Source: Craspedostauros australis (Eukaryota). Taken from it: a stretch of DNA of 38,315 nucleotides. The DNA lies in assembly GCA_030167865.1 (NCBI GenBank), contig JALAGF010003427.1, forward strand, positions 1 through 38,315, written 5' to 3'. A model generated the notes under the pieces. The model saw only the letters and a list, made by a program, of their open reading frames with translations. It was not told the origin of the DNA and did not search any database. Within the stretch, counting starts at the first letter, position 1. Each line of letters opens with the position of its first letter. The position numbers and the translations under genes were made by a program. This document shows positions 11,636 to 23,209 of the stretch, in pieces.

Positions 11636-12288
11636 TGGAGTAGCGTTCTCTCCTCCACAAGCAATATGCCTTGCAATGTCGGTGTGGAGGTGGACGAGTC
11701 TCTATCTCTGCCTCTGCCTCTGTCGACGACTGTGAATGCGAATGTGGATATGCTACCAATCTTCAGAGTCTCTCTATCCAATCCGCATGTTCAGCCACCA
11801 CGATGCGATTGCGAAGGTTGACACCCACCGAGGAATAAAGCGCGGATGCAATCAAGACAGAGTGAAGTGGATCGCAGTGAGAGTAGAGTCCGTGAGTACT
11901 GACATGGTGTGGCATCGCATGGTGTGGTTTGGCAAGAGCGAAGGTCAGAGAACAGGCATGGTGGGTCACAGCAGGGCATGGCTCGTGTTGGAACCAAGAG
12001 AGCCGCGTGGTCGTGTTTTGGCTTTGCGTGGTATACTACGATCTGCGATGGCAAGGCGTGACAGCTGCTGCTCACATTCTGTGAGGCTCGTGGGATGGTG
12101 TCGTTTGGGGAACGGTGCAGTGTTGCTCCCATCTCCACTCGCAGCCACAAGCACACGTTGGTGGGATGAAGCCAGGCTGCCCACAAAGTCGTGGACAGGC
12201 CACAAAGTCGTGGTTGGATTCACAAAACCGAGCAAGAAAACTGCGCATGGAAGCACGTGAAAAAACAGGAGGCACACAAACTCCAACG

Positions 12289-12316
12289 AATTGCGCCAAA
12301 TTGCGCCAAATTGCGC
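12289..12316 (-). promoter_or_regulatory. Tandem 10-mer repeat containing two TTTGGCGC (E2F-consensus) sites
   Basis: aattgcgccaaattgcgccaaattgcgc; the minus strand has TTTGGCGC at 12293-12300 and 12303-12310. The repeat is certain but its function is inferred. Confidence 0.35.
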
Positions 12317-13091
12317 AGACCATCTTGCTTCCCTCCACACGTTTCGTTGTCGGCCGTCAACATGAGCCAAACAGGCACGGATCCTTACCAAAGTTCACTG
12401 CCGCCGATCGATTGCTCTCACTCTTCACGTCGATGCTCTCACCATGGGCGTCTCCCGCCGAGTCTGCCTTTGCGATTGTTTGCTCCACTTTACTTCACTT
12501 CCCTGCAACCTCTATCTGCTCTTCGTGTCAAAGCGCTCGTTGTGATGATTTGCTGTTGCGGTTGTTCGTGTCGTCCGCCTTGTGTTTGTGATCGCAGCAG
12601 CGGATGCCACAAAATTGTGACGGATTTGCTGCGCGTTCCGCCTGTTCCGGTTTCGAGAAGCGCTACTTTCCTCGTACTCTTTGAGCCACTTATTGCAGAA
12701 CAATGTCGCATGCGATGTCACAGCGCACATCGATTGTATTCATCTCTCGACAACATCGAATGGAAACGTGGATGGTCGATGCCAATCAATCATTTTAGTC
12801 GAGCGTGTGGCCGTAGACCGCGGAAACAAACTACTCGAGGGTCCTCAACTGCGAGTGTTTCATTCACCACAATGTGGGTTGAATATGGAGAGTATGTGCT
12901 GGCAACACTGATAACTTATCTCTGCTCTGCTGCATTGTATTATATGATCCATGTGCCAAGGTGAGGAGATGTCATGGTGGAGTACTCCTCGAGTGCGACA
13001 ATGAGACCCATTATTCCGAAATGCTCAAGCGGTCTGCGATCTGCTCCAAAAAGAACGTGCTTGCAACTCACAAGAACAGGTCACCCTTCAG

Positions 13092-14821
13092 TTACTCCAA
13101 GGACGCAAAGAAATCATCCAAGTCCTCACTCTCGTCAGCATCAGCATCGGCCTCGTCTGCATCTTCCACCAGCGTACGAGTATCCTGCGGCGATGGCTTC
13201 GGGTCCTTGCCGAGAACAGGGATGGTATCGTCATGACCGGACTTGCTCCTGCTTCTCGTTGCACCGTTGTCTTTTTTCTGCGGGCCGCTGTTGGCAGCCT
13301 GAACGGATAGGACGATCCCTCCTGGTAGCTCGGCACCGTCCATCTGTGATCATGCCATGTGTTTTGTGATGTGAGACAATCTTTTTTGGTTCATCATGCA
13401 CGCAATCAATGTGGATATCACCACGCAGTCGCAGAGGATTACTGTATTGGTATTCCACGGTGCGTCTCTGCGTGAGATCTGCGCACGGATCCCTTGTGGG
13501 TGCTTCGACTCTGCTATACATACGTGCTTGGATGTCTTGGGAGACAGCAGAGTGTGGTGATCCACACGACACAGCACGACAGGACACTTGCCTGCATCGC
13601 ATTCGATAGAACCCGCAACAGCACAACGACAACGAAACGCAATGTGATACGTTCCTGATCTCGCCTTCATTCGCAATATGTCGCGTACACGAGATCGGCG
13701 GCGTGATTGGCAGTGGCACATTCATCAAGTGCGATTCAAAGCCCACTCTCTCTCTCTCTCTCTTGCTCTCATATAATATAATAGTATCGCCGACACAATG
13801 GCCGTCATGGGACATCCAAACAACGATCACGTACCTGGGAACACACGGTCGCGATGAGCCTGTCATCGTCATCCTTGCTTGCCTCGTAGAGCACAAGGGC
13901 ATCGCCCTTCAAACGCCCCGTTGCCCGATCTCTGTAAAAATGAATCCTTCGGATGGTCCCGAACGCACCAAACATGGACTGCATCAAGGCCTCCAACGTG
14001 GGACCGTTCGCTGGCAGTCCCGACACGTAAATCGCTATAGACTTGTTGCTATTGTGCTGGTTGCCATGCACATGAGCGATGCGCTGCTGCAGCAACCGAT
14101 CATGATGCTGCCGCAGCTGCTGTTCGGCCTTCTGAGCGCTGTGCATGCGAGATAGACCTTCCTGCAGTTTCTGTCGTTCCTTGCGTTCCACGTAAGCGAG
14201 ATTCCTCATCAACGCCCTGCGCTTGCGATCCTCGTACGTGACCATGAACTGATCGCGTTCTCTCGTGAACTGTTGCGCCGTTTTGTGGGGCGTGATGTAC
14301 ATTGGCGGGCGATGGTGCTGTGGTGGTATGTGAGCAGTGTGATATTGGTTGGGATCTTGTGCGATTGGCATGTGGGTGGCTTGCGGCATCTGATGAGCGA
14401 ACGGTTGTTGCGTCGCATGTGCAAAGGAATGAACAGACACTTGCTGCGGCGGCGGCGGCGGAATAGGTAGAGAAATAGGCGCTGGTGGTGGCGGCGGTAT
14501 CGGCAGAGATATCGGTAGTGGTGGAGGAGGAGGAGGGCAAGCGGAGGCATTTTGGTTGTGTTCGATGATGCCGCTGGCCTGAAAGCCTTCAATGACACCA
14601 CGTGCCTTATTCCTTCCAGCCGCAACCTCCAGGCCGTGCGACATCAACGCATCACCACTGCTGTTGGATCCGTAAGTCGGTGCTGTCTGATGAGATGCGC
14701 TGACTCTTGCAGATGGTGGAGGCGGATGCGATGACGCTGCTCCGTTCCTGTGCACAGGCGAACAATCTGAGGAATGGGAATGGTCATGATACCCCAGACC
14801 GCAAGAATCCCAGTCGTTCAT
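13092..14821 (-). CDS. RRM-domain RNA-binding protein (TAT-SF1/Cus2-like RRM); join(14821..13835, 13343..13092), about 412 aa
   Basis: RNP2 AIYVSGLP and RNP1 region YRDRATGRLKGDALVLY. Donor CAG|GTACGT at 13834 and acceptor CACAG|ATG at 13344 complete the RRM (VCSQ|MDGAELPGGIVLSVQAA). The protein has a proline-rich N-terminal half and an acidic tail ending EDLDDFFASLE. The ORF-track start at 14896 is TTG; the first ATG is at 14821. Confidence 0.82.
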
Positions 14822-15267
14822 TGCAAAGCTCGCTACTCTCCTTGATGCAGTCGCAGGATGATGATGTCTTCTCTCCTGTTGTTTGTATGGAAGCAATACT
14901 CGTACGACTACGACTATGGTGCTGTGATGATCTGAAGCGTTGCTCTTTGAGTGAGGATGCTGCGTTGTGTGTGTGTGTGTGTGCGACAGGAGATGGCTTC
15001 TGCTTCTTCGGTCTCATGTGTTGTCCACGATTCGCAGTCACGCTTCTCAGTCACGCTTCGTGCGTGACTCCAGCTCATGCGAACTCACAAGCAACCTCAA
15101 TCTCAAGAGAGACGATGTCACCAACGCACTCTACCTACTCCATTGTATTGAAAACCATACTGCCTTCCTCTACTCTGTTAGAACAAGTTTGCCATACTAC
15201 TCGTATAATATAATATAATAGTATGTACGCTGGATAGTGTATGCTGAACAGCACTCGACGTTACGCT

Positions 15268-16182
15268 CTAGTATTCGGCAAAGTTAGCATGCCCCGTAGC
15301 CTCCGCATGTTGCTGCGCTTCCATGGCACCCGTGAATCCCTTCTGACACACCAAACAGCGCAAGGTGAAGTTGCTGATATCCGTGTAGGCTTTCTGCGCA
15401 TGCTGCTCGCGACACATCTGCTTGGCGTGTTGCAGCACCCAATCATCGTCCACGGCGAACTGGGTCACATCTGCGTCCTTGGGCAGGTTCGTGTCGAACG
15501 TGTACGCCAAACAATCATAATGCGCTCCATCGTACATGACGTATATCCGCCGCACGTAGTTGCCTTCCTGACCGTAAATGTCCACCTGATTGCGCACGAT
15601 GTCGCACGCCACGATCTCGCATTCGAACAGCTTGCTGAAGACGAGCAGCTCGATCTGCCCGCCCCAGGCAGACGGCGTCGTGATGAAATCGATGTAATCT
15701 GCGGGCGGCCGGCCGAGGAACGCCTCCGTGTAATATCCGGGATTCTCTATCACCGCCTTCGCCACCTGATCCCGCAACCTCCTCGGGTACTCCAGCGATT
15801 TGTTCAGCAGGCTGTATCCGATGGAGTTGAATAGACACGAGTTGTCGGCGGGGATGACGCGCTTCACCAGGAATCCGTCCGGATCGGTGCGCTGAGGCGG
15901 CGTCTGCGGGATCACGATGGAGAAGCCCGCGGTCGCCGATGCCACGCTGGGGTCCTCGCCATCGCGCGTATCCGAGACATGGATCACCTCGTTGATCTCG
16001 AAGGGATCGCGCGGCGAGCACGTCACCTTCTTGGGCGGGAACCCGATCTTCCAAACCTGCTTCGTCGCCGCCAACGAGGGCAACCTGCCTTCGATCAGCT
16101 TGCTCACATCTTCGTTCGTCGATCTTGGTGGGATCTCGATTGCTGCTGATCCAGCCGCGTGCCGCACTCGGATTTTGGGCAT
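15268..16182 (-). CDS. OTU1: OTU1/YOD1-type ubiquitin thioesterase, 304 aa, intronless
   Basis: N-terminal ubiquitin-like segment (MPKIRVRHAAG...WKIGFPPK). OTU catalytic motifs IPADNSCLFNSI, WGGQIEL and YDGAHYD. C-terminal C2H2 finger CLVCQKGFTGAMEAQQHAEATGHANFAEY. Confidence 0.93.
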   Translation of the reverse strand: MPKIRVRHAAGSAAIEIPPRSTNEDVSKLIEGRLPSLAATKQVWKIGFPPKKVTCSPRDPFEINEVIHVSDTRDGEDPSVASATAGFSIVIPQTPPQRTDPDGFLVKRVIPADNSCLFNSIGYSLLNKSLEYPRRLRDQVAKAVIENPGYYTEAFLGRPPADYIDFITTPSAWGGQIELLVFSKLFECEIVACDIVRNQVDIYGQEGNYVRRIYVMYDGAHYDCLAYTFDTNLPKDADVTQFAVDDDWVLQHAKQMCREQHAQKAYTDISNFTLRCLVCQKGFTGAMEAQQHAEATGHANFAEY

Positions 16183-16667
16183 TGTGGCGGCGTCTTTTTC
16201 TCTCGTTCCTGCTGCTGCTGCTGCTGCTCGTAGTCCTTCTGAATGTTGTGCAAAATAGAATAGAATAGAACAGGAGAGTAGAGTGTTATCAGTTCGCTCT
16301 CTTTCTCGAATGGTACGACCTTGGCATGTGCAATACTCGTATGGTTGTGAATGAGCCGGCAAGAGAGTTGTGGGTGCGTCTTGTGATGGATGCGCACGAT
16401 CGTGCCCATCGCCTGAGCTCTCTTCCTCTCGTCTTCGCCTGCTATTTGTTGTTCGTGATGATTGAAAAAAGAATGTTCTCTTCGCTTCTCCAGCAATCGT
16501 AGTCTGAAATGAAAACGGGACTGGGCGGTAGCTACACCTTTCTATTCTTGCGAGCTAGATTGGTTGACCCTTGCAACATCAACAACAACGCCGACAAACC
16601 TACAATCCATTCCATGCAGACTCGTACCAGTGCTATACTCTGCATCCTTGCACTCTAAGTAAATACT

Positions 16668-18501
16668 TTACTGATCCTTCCTTTCCTTATCGACGGCTCG
16701 CTCCAGAATCCAATTGACGGTGTCGTTCAGGACCATGGCGCAATTCTCATCCGGCTCTCCGTTGAACATGGAGTGCCACATGCCCTCGTACAGCTTGATG
16801 GTCTTGTCCTTCGATTTGGACTCATCGTAGAGGGCCTGGGAGAGCATGGGATCGGTGACGCGGTCTGATTTGCCGTGCTGCACAATGAATGGAACATCGA
16901 AGTCCTTCAGAGATTGGGAGATCCTTGTCGTGGCATCCTGTGGCATTGCATGTGCGGGAGGAACAAACATTGGTCAGAGTTGAGGGGTTTGCGTTGATTC
17001 GAGTCAGTGTGGTGAGTCAGGACATCGTGCTCTTTCGTACGAGCAGGAAAAGTGAACAAGCAAACGCGATGAACATCATAACTTACGATCATTTCTCGGC
17101 CTGTGGCGATGCGGGGGTTGCGTCCGAAGACTGTCGGACTGCGGGTAAAGAGCGCCTTCTTTTCAGGGAGCTTGAAGGACAGAAACTTGAGATCTCCTCT
17201 GCTGGGAGCGATGGGGAGATATCCAAGAGCGTTGACGACCCCCTTGGGTCCTGCGACCAAGCGGACAGAATCGACGACCCATTGCGGTGGCATCATGTTG
17301 TCGGCAATCTTGCACATGGGACAGATGAATGCGACGCCCGCAAACACGCCGGCATGCTCTTGCAAGATGTGGAATGCCACGGCGCCTCCCATGGACTGTG
17401 ATGATTCAGTCGGAGATATGGTGTTGCATGAATGTCGTAGAGTAGGCAGCATATTCCACACCATACATCGCGGAGCGCCAGAGAAGGGCAATTCGACATT
17501 GTCGACCGAGTGGCAACCAGGACCGATCAGCGAAGCCACAATCACGAGGTGAGTACGAGTATGATGCAGTGCGACGCACATGAGATCACAGCACGAAGAA
17601 AGCAGAGTATTTGATTGTGAGATGCAGGTACAGTCGCAAATACATGCGCATGGCTCCTTGCGATTGTGACATACACTGGCACACAGCCGAAATGAGGAAC
17701 GTTCCATCATGGGACGTGCAATTCATGCGTGGTACGGAGTCATCGAAGGTCCATCAACCGAACTATCCTGCACCATCGTTGATCTGGTTGACAACGCCAA
17801 TGCCATCAGGCAACGCCAATGGGAGCACAACAATCACCATCACACCAGCACACCATCACTAGTCCGAGTACGTCACATACCTCGCCCATCAAAAACGCCT
17901 TGACATCTGGGAAGAGCTTCTTGATTGTTTGAAGGTAGTACGTCGCGACATCGTTGACAAGAACATCAAAGTCCGCAACGAGGGTGAGATGACCATCGCT
18001 CCTGCCATGGCCTTCGTAGGCGATCATGAGCACGGCGATGCCGCGCTGCGCCAAGGTCGAAAAAAGCCTGAGCTTCGTGTAGCACGCATTCTCAGCGTAG
18101 CCGTGACAATGGCACATGACCGCCTTGACCGGCACATCCTTGGGCGTGATGGTGGTCGTGTGCAGCAGCATGCCTCTCGAGTTGGTCCAGTAGCCCTGCG
18201 TGACGCTGACGTCCGATGGGATCTCGCGCAGATGGTCGGAAACCTTGTCGTTCTTCTCGAATTCGTGCAGCAGCATGCGGCGGCTCGCGCCTTCATCGTT
18301 GATGCGCAGGGAGTACGTCGTCAGCTTCCACACGAACACCGTCAGGATGAGCAAGGATGGTGGCCAGATGGATGCCAGGATGTACACGAAGATGCCGATG
18401 GCAAACACGGTCTGCGTCGAGACGAGCGGCGGCGCATCGTACGAATCATCGCGGGAGCCCTCTGCCGCTGCGTCGCCAGGCACTTGCTTGGTTTCGGCCA
18501 T
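16668..18501 (-). CDS. Alpha/beta hydrolase, monoacylglycerol lipase/lysophospholipase family; join(18501..17881, 17395..17087, 16937..16668), about 399 aa
   Basis: HCHGYAE oxyanion motif and YEGHGRSDG. The nucleophile elbow GE|SMGG is restored by splicing (GAG|GTATGT ... CACAG|TCC). Acid motif HGKSDRVTD and base motif YEGMWH. Second intron ATC|GTAAGT ... CACAG|GAT. There is an N-terminal hydrophobic segment VFAIGIFVYILASIWPPSLLILTVFVW. Confidence 0.92.
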
Positions 18502-18543
18502 CTTCAAAGGCAGTAAGTATCCTTCCTCGTGTTGTATCGTCTA

Positions 18544-18583
18544 GTGCAGTGCCGTGTAGTGCAGTGCAGCGCAGTGCCGTGTG
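18544..18583. repeat. (GTGCA)-type pentanucleotide repeat about 43 nt upstream of the hydrolase start
   Basis: gtgca gtgcc gtgta gtgca gtgca gcgca gtgcc gtgtg. Confidence 0.8.
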
Positions 18584-19068
18584 GTCGGCTGTGGGTCCTT
18601 TGTCTTAACACTTGCACGGGTCGAGACTTATGGCTGAGTTGTGGATACTCCTGCGATACCGATACTTCTGGGACGCAATGCAGCGCAATCTCCTATTGTT
18701 AGAATGGTAAACAGGGAGATGCTTTGGTGTTGTTGTTGTCGCTCTGCATGCGTCTTGGGCAGAATGGTCTCTCACCAGTTCCTCGTGCATGTGCGCCAAG
18801 GAGGCGTTTGTTCGTCTTCTTGGTCTTGTTTGCGAGGAGGAAGACGTTCTCAGAACATCCATGTGACGTCACGATCTTCCACCAATCAAGCAACGCAAAA
18901 CACGATGAAACACTGATGGGATTCGACCCACGCGAGAAAACGAGACCTCAACAATGGCGAAGCGAAACAAGAGAAGGAAGTCGCCAACTCGGCCCACAGT
19001 TTGTGATCACGCAATGCTGACATTGATGACAATGGTATTGACGCTTCCTACAATACTAGCACCGCACT

Positions 19069-21419
19069 CTACTCTAACCTGGCCTTCTTGGCCGCGCGTC
19101 CATTCTCGGTCTGCTTTCGCAATTCTTCCAGCGAACTCTCCAACCGATGCTCCAGCGACATGTGATTCTCCGGCGCGAGTCCCAAACAGGCTCGCATCAC
19201 GTTGATGATCGCCTGCCTCTGAGCGAACAGCGCGTTGACGACGGGCGCTCCGTTCGGGACCAGCGGCGCCTTCAGCATGTACGAGAGGAGGGACAGGACA
19301 GGATGGAACGTTTCCCACGACTCTGCGTCGGTCTTCTTCATCGTGATGCGTTCGCACAGCTCGGCGAGGATCACGAGATCGTAGATCAGCGGGGTGGCCA
19401 GCAGGGAGTCCTCGCACGTGTTGTGCATCACGATCGTGTTCTTGCCGCCCATGAAGATCTCCGACGTGTACTCGTCCATGGCGCGTTTGGAATCGGCGAC
19501 GTACGGCACGTACTTGATCACGACGACGTGATCGGGATGCTCATCCTGCTCGAACAGAATGCGGTTGGAGGCGACCATGTCATCGACGACGTTGGATTTC
19601 GATATCTCCTTGCTGCGGAACTGGCTGGGCGCGCTCAGGTTCTTTCCGTCGTTGTTGCCGAGATGGTTGTACGACACGACGGACACCGGCTTGATGCCGG
19701 CCGAGACGAGGAAGTCGACGAGCACGCTCTTCATCTTCGTCTGCCCGCTTTTGAAGTCGTCGCCGGCGATGAAGACCTTGTTCTGTCGTGCGAGATCCAC
19801 CACGCCCGGAACGAACGTGTTTTGCGGCGATCCGTTGATGAAGGTGCAGCCCTCCAGGATGGATGCCACAGCGAAGACGGTCGATGCGCTCATCTCCTCC
19901 TCGCCGCGTTTGATGCTCTCGAGAACGTTGTTCGCCGTGTCGTTGATGCCCTCCTCGACGCTGGCGAACCGCTCCGTGTTGGCCGTCCAGAGCAGTATCA
20001 CCTTATCCAGGCCGTTGGCCATCTTGAAATTGCGAATGTCGGAACGCAGGTGCTCCATCTGCTGCTGCTTGGATCCCTTGAGGGTGTTGTTGGCGCGCTC
20101 GCCCTGGTTGGCGGCGATGAAGTCTGCGAAGTAGGCCGATGGCAACGGTTTCATGTCCTTCATGTGCGGGTAGAGCTTCTGCTGCAAATCGTAATCGAAG
20201 ACCTTGGATCGTTTCATGGCGTCCCCGAGGTTGGTGCCGTTGATGTCCCACCCACCCCAAACGATCTGGTTGGGATCCACCATGGGGAGCATGTTGCTCA
20301 TGGGTGTGTAGACGGCGTTGCCCTGCGAATCGTTACCCAGCTTAACGGTCGATGACATGACGAGGGATCCGAAGTAGTTGGATGCGTGCTTACCCTCCTT
20401 GGTCTCCCACGTGATTCCGAGCTTATTCGCGATGGCTCCGCCAATGCATGTGCTGTGGCGTTGCATGTTCATTTGTGCAGGTATGTGTGTGTGTGAAGCA
20501 TATAGTAGTGTGGTTTGCAATTTGCGATGCAGGAGGCGAGCAAGCGACAGGGCAATTTTTGTGAGATGAATTGAGAGGCAGGTTGTGAAAGATGGACGGA
20601 GACATGCCAAGCAACCCGACTCCATCGCATTTTGAGAGAGCCATGGTCGCATACGAAATGAAATGAATATATCTCATTGGGCCTTGCTTTTGGTTTGTTT
20701 CGTTTTCAGTTTGACGTACCATCCATTGTTACCGCCCATACCAATGAGCATGACTCCCACCTGTTCATGACAGCGATAGTGATGATGACCATGCGGTGAT
20801 GAGAGTGCGTTGAGGAAAGTTTCGGAGAAGAGAAAGGATGAGCACATCAATCGTGCAGAATGGATTGCGATGTGCGTGGAATACAGACATGGATGTACAA
20901 ATGTTGGTCAGGGCCAGATGGTCTGTTCGTTCTCGTGATGACAGAGAAGCATGCGTGAAAGAGAGCGGACGATTCCGGTCTTGCTCTACGAGTACACGCT
21001 CTGCACTGTATGTACGTACCTTTCCGACCTTCCTTTGCGTCTTGAATTTCATGTTGGTCACGACAGGCTTGACCTTGTTGCCCTCGACGAGGGTCGTTTG
21101 GTATCTGTCGATGCATCGGTAGGTGTTGTTGTATGATGTGGTGGGATGATGTCCAATTGACAACCCATTGACAACCAATTGACCATGAATCGAATTAAAT
21201 GAGTCGAACGAAGAATGGGAAGCATCGCAAACCAAAATGAATGAATGAGTGAGTACTCTGTGCATTTGTGAAGAGAAGAAGTCATCACGTCACAAACATC
21301 AAGCCACATTTTTGCAATGATCCGACTCACGTGTAATCCGAAAGGATGGCATCGTCCGAGTATTGGCACTTGTCGGATTGCACTTCAAATGCACCGTCCA
21401 AGTTTTTGCAGTTGCTCAT
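19069..21419 (-). CDS. INO1: myo-Inositol-1-phosphate synthase; join(21419..21331, 21104..21020, 20760..20720, 20452..19069), about 532 aa
   Basis: All four MIPS signature blocks are present: GMGGNNG (exon 3), [20 protein letters not shown] and [10 protein letters not shown]. Also [26 protein letters not shown] and CEDSLLA. Three GT-AG introns with consistent phases (2,0,2) give 1599 nt in frame. Confidence 0.96.
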
Positions 21420-21428
21420 GATGAGATT

Positions 21429-21520
21429 GAATGGAATGGAATGGAATTGTATTCTGTTGTATTCTGTTGTATTCTGTTGTATTGTGTTGTATTGGATTAG
21501 ATGGAGAATGGAGTGGAGTA
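21429..21520. repeat. Compound 5/10-bp-period repeat, (ATGGA)n(ATTCTGTTGT)n, in the INO1 5' leader
   Basis: atggaatggaatggaattgtattctgttgtattctgttgtattctgttgtattgtgttgtattgg... starts about 10 nt from the ATG. Confidence 0.88.
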
Positions 21521-22552
21521 TGGTGTCGTGCTTGATCCGAACGTGTTGTTGGTCGGAGTGATGTGTTGGCACTGCGCACTCTGCTATTGCGATTGGTATT
21601 GTTGAGTGATGGAGTGCGATTGGTATTGCTGAGTGGTGGTCAGACAGGATAGAGCGAGATGGAATGGCTTGTCTTGGGAGGGAAGGTCTCTTGGAGCGGC
21701 GCCGGTATGGTGCTGGAATGAGTGCGGTGATGGGTCTTCGCCTTGTCTCTCGGAGCTTTGCCTTCGTAGCAGAGCGTGCTGAGTCTTGTTGTTGCAGTTG
21801 TTGTCGTTGTTGTCGTTGTTGTTGGCTTCATCTCTTTGGCTTTAGCCATCCAACCCACGTCTCCTCTCGTGTCTTGGTTTGGTTTTGCTTTCGTCTTTGG
21901 TGGTGTGTTGTTCGGGTTGTAGTAGTAGCGCTTCGCTTCACGGCGTCCGCAAATTGTCCGTTGTGTTGTCCAGCACTCCAATCGAATCATTGTTGTCGTC
22001 TGACGTCAGTCACGTCCCCAACGAAGATCTCTCCGCAACACCAGCCAACTTGGATCGACCACAATCATCACCAGACATCGTCCAATGCTTTCATCGCACG
22101 AGTACGAGTGCATGCTCTATCCACTCCATTACTCTAATTACCTTGAATCATCATGCTCAAAGCATGGCATACTTCCAACATCGTTCATTAGTCGCTGTAT
22201 CTGGCGAAGCGTGGTGAATTTCGTTTCGCCGTGTTTGTGTTGCCAGTAGAAATATTCTAGTCTTCAATCACATGCTATGCTGCCGATTTAGTCCCGCTTG
22301 ACGTGTCAATGGCATTCACGGTTTCAACACGATTTCGGTCGGAACATCGAAATGGTTGGTTGTGGCACGTTTCCCACCACAACGCGACATGGAAACAACA
22401 ACCAAGACTGGCTGTATCGACACAAGAAACACTTGGTCAACCCGTTGCAATACTCGTGCACGCATCACTCTATTCTAATCGTAGCTCACACAAGTAGCAA
22501 AGCACCAGACAGTGCAATCAGACCAACCCAACCCAAGACAAGGCAAGGCAAG

Positions 22553-23209
22553 ATGGGAAAGGGCGGCAAGTTGATGTTCAAGGGGGAGAAGAAGAAAAAG
22601 AAGAAGAGCAAGTCGAAGCACAGCAAGCGATCGTCCGAAGAGCCCAGCAGCAGCGCCATTCCGGTGATTGCAGCAGCAGCGGATGCTCCAAGCAGCAGCG
22701 CGGTGAATGAGGACCGCCCATCTGCCGCCAGCGCCCAGACAAAGATCCAAAAGGGTAAGGGCACCATCACGACATCGGGAACGGTCGTCACGGGCATCGA
22801 CACGGCGTTCGAGAAGCAGCTGGGCGTCGGCGATGCCATTCTCGTCGATCTGCCCCAAAGCGGCAAGCAGGAGATGAGGGTCATCACGATGCGCCTGTCC
22901 AACACCTCCGTCAATCTATCCTCGGCCTTCACGGAGAGCCTCAAGTCGCCGCAGTCCTTCAGCTTTGTGCCGAAGCCCAGGAATTTGCAGAAGGAGCGCA
23001 AGCAGAAGGAGAAGGAGCGGCAGAAGACGAAGGAGCTGGAGGAACGGCATGCCTTCGGCACCTACGGCGGTGCGGGGCGGACGTTGGTGTACAGGGAGAA
23101 GACCACGTCGGGGTCCTACCGGATACGTCAGGAGAAGGTCGGATCGCAGAATTCCAGAGGCGATCTGCTCCAGATGCGCTCCAAGAAGACGAGCGACAAG
23201 TACTGCTGA
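22553..23209 (+). CDS. Basic, probably nuclear protein of 218 aa with FRG1-like N- and C-termini
   Basis: Clear coding-style codon use. N-terminus MGKGGKLMFKGEKKKKKKSKSKH and C-terminus GDLLQMRSKKTSDKYC resemble FRG1 ends (KLxxKG plus poly-K; LLxxRxKxxxDxYC). The centre is GTITTSGTVVTGIDTAFEKQLGVGDAILV. The coding status is confident; the family assignment is tentative. Confidence 0.75.
   Translation: MGKGGKLMFKGEKKKKKKSKSKHSKRSSEEPSSSAIPVIAAAADAPSSSAVNEDRPSAASAQTKIQKGKGTITTSGTVVTGIDTAFEKQLGVGDAILVDLPQSGKQEMRVITMRLSNTSVNLSSAFTESLKSPQSFSFVPKPRNLQKERKQKEKERQKTKELEERHAFGTYGGAGRTLVYREKTTSGSYRIRQEKVGSQNSRGDLLQMRSKKTSDKYC

Noticed and set aside
18912-18950. Minus-strand GCGTGGGTCGAATCCCA, resembling a tRNA-Leu/Ser T-arm
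   Set aside because: The T-loop lacks one T of GTTCGA, and I could not find a D-arm, anticodon arm or acceptor stem. tRNAscan-SE would settle it.
19147-20355. 402-aa plus-strand ORF opposite INO1, and similar antisense ORFs such as 29636..31471, 24078..25094 and 2351..3064
   Set aside because: Shadow ORFs produced by strong codon bias on the real coding strand; no independent motifs.
15268-21419. Co-oriented OTU1, lipase and INO1 as a functional gene cluster
   Set aside because: These are unrelated housekeeping functions, each with its own upstream region; co-orientation alone is not evidence of a pathway cluster.
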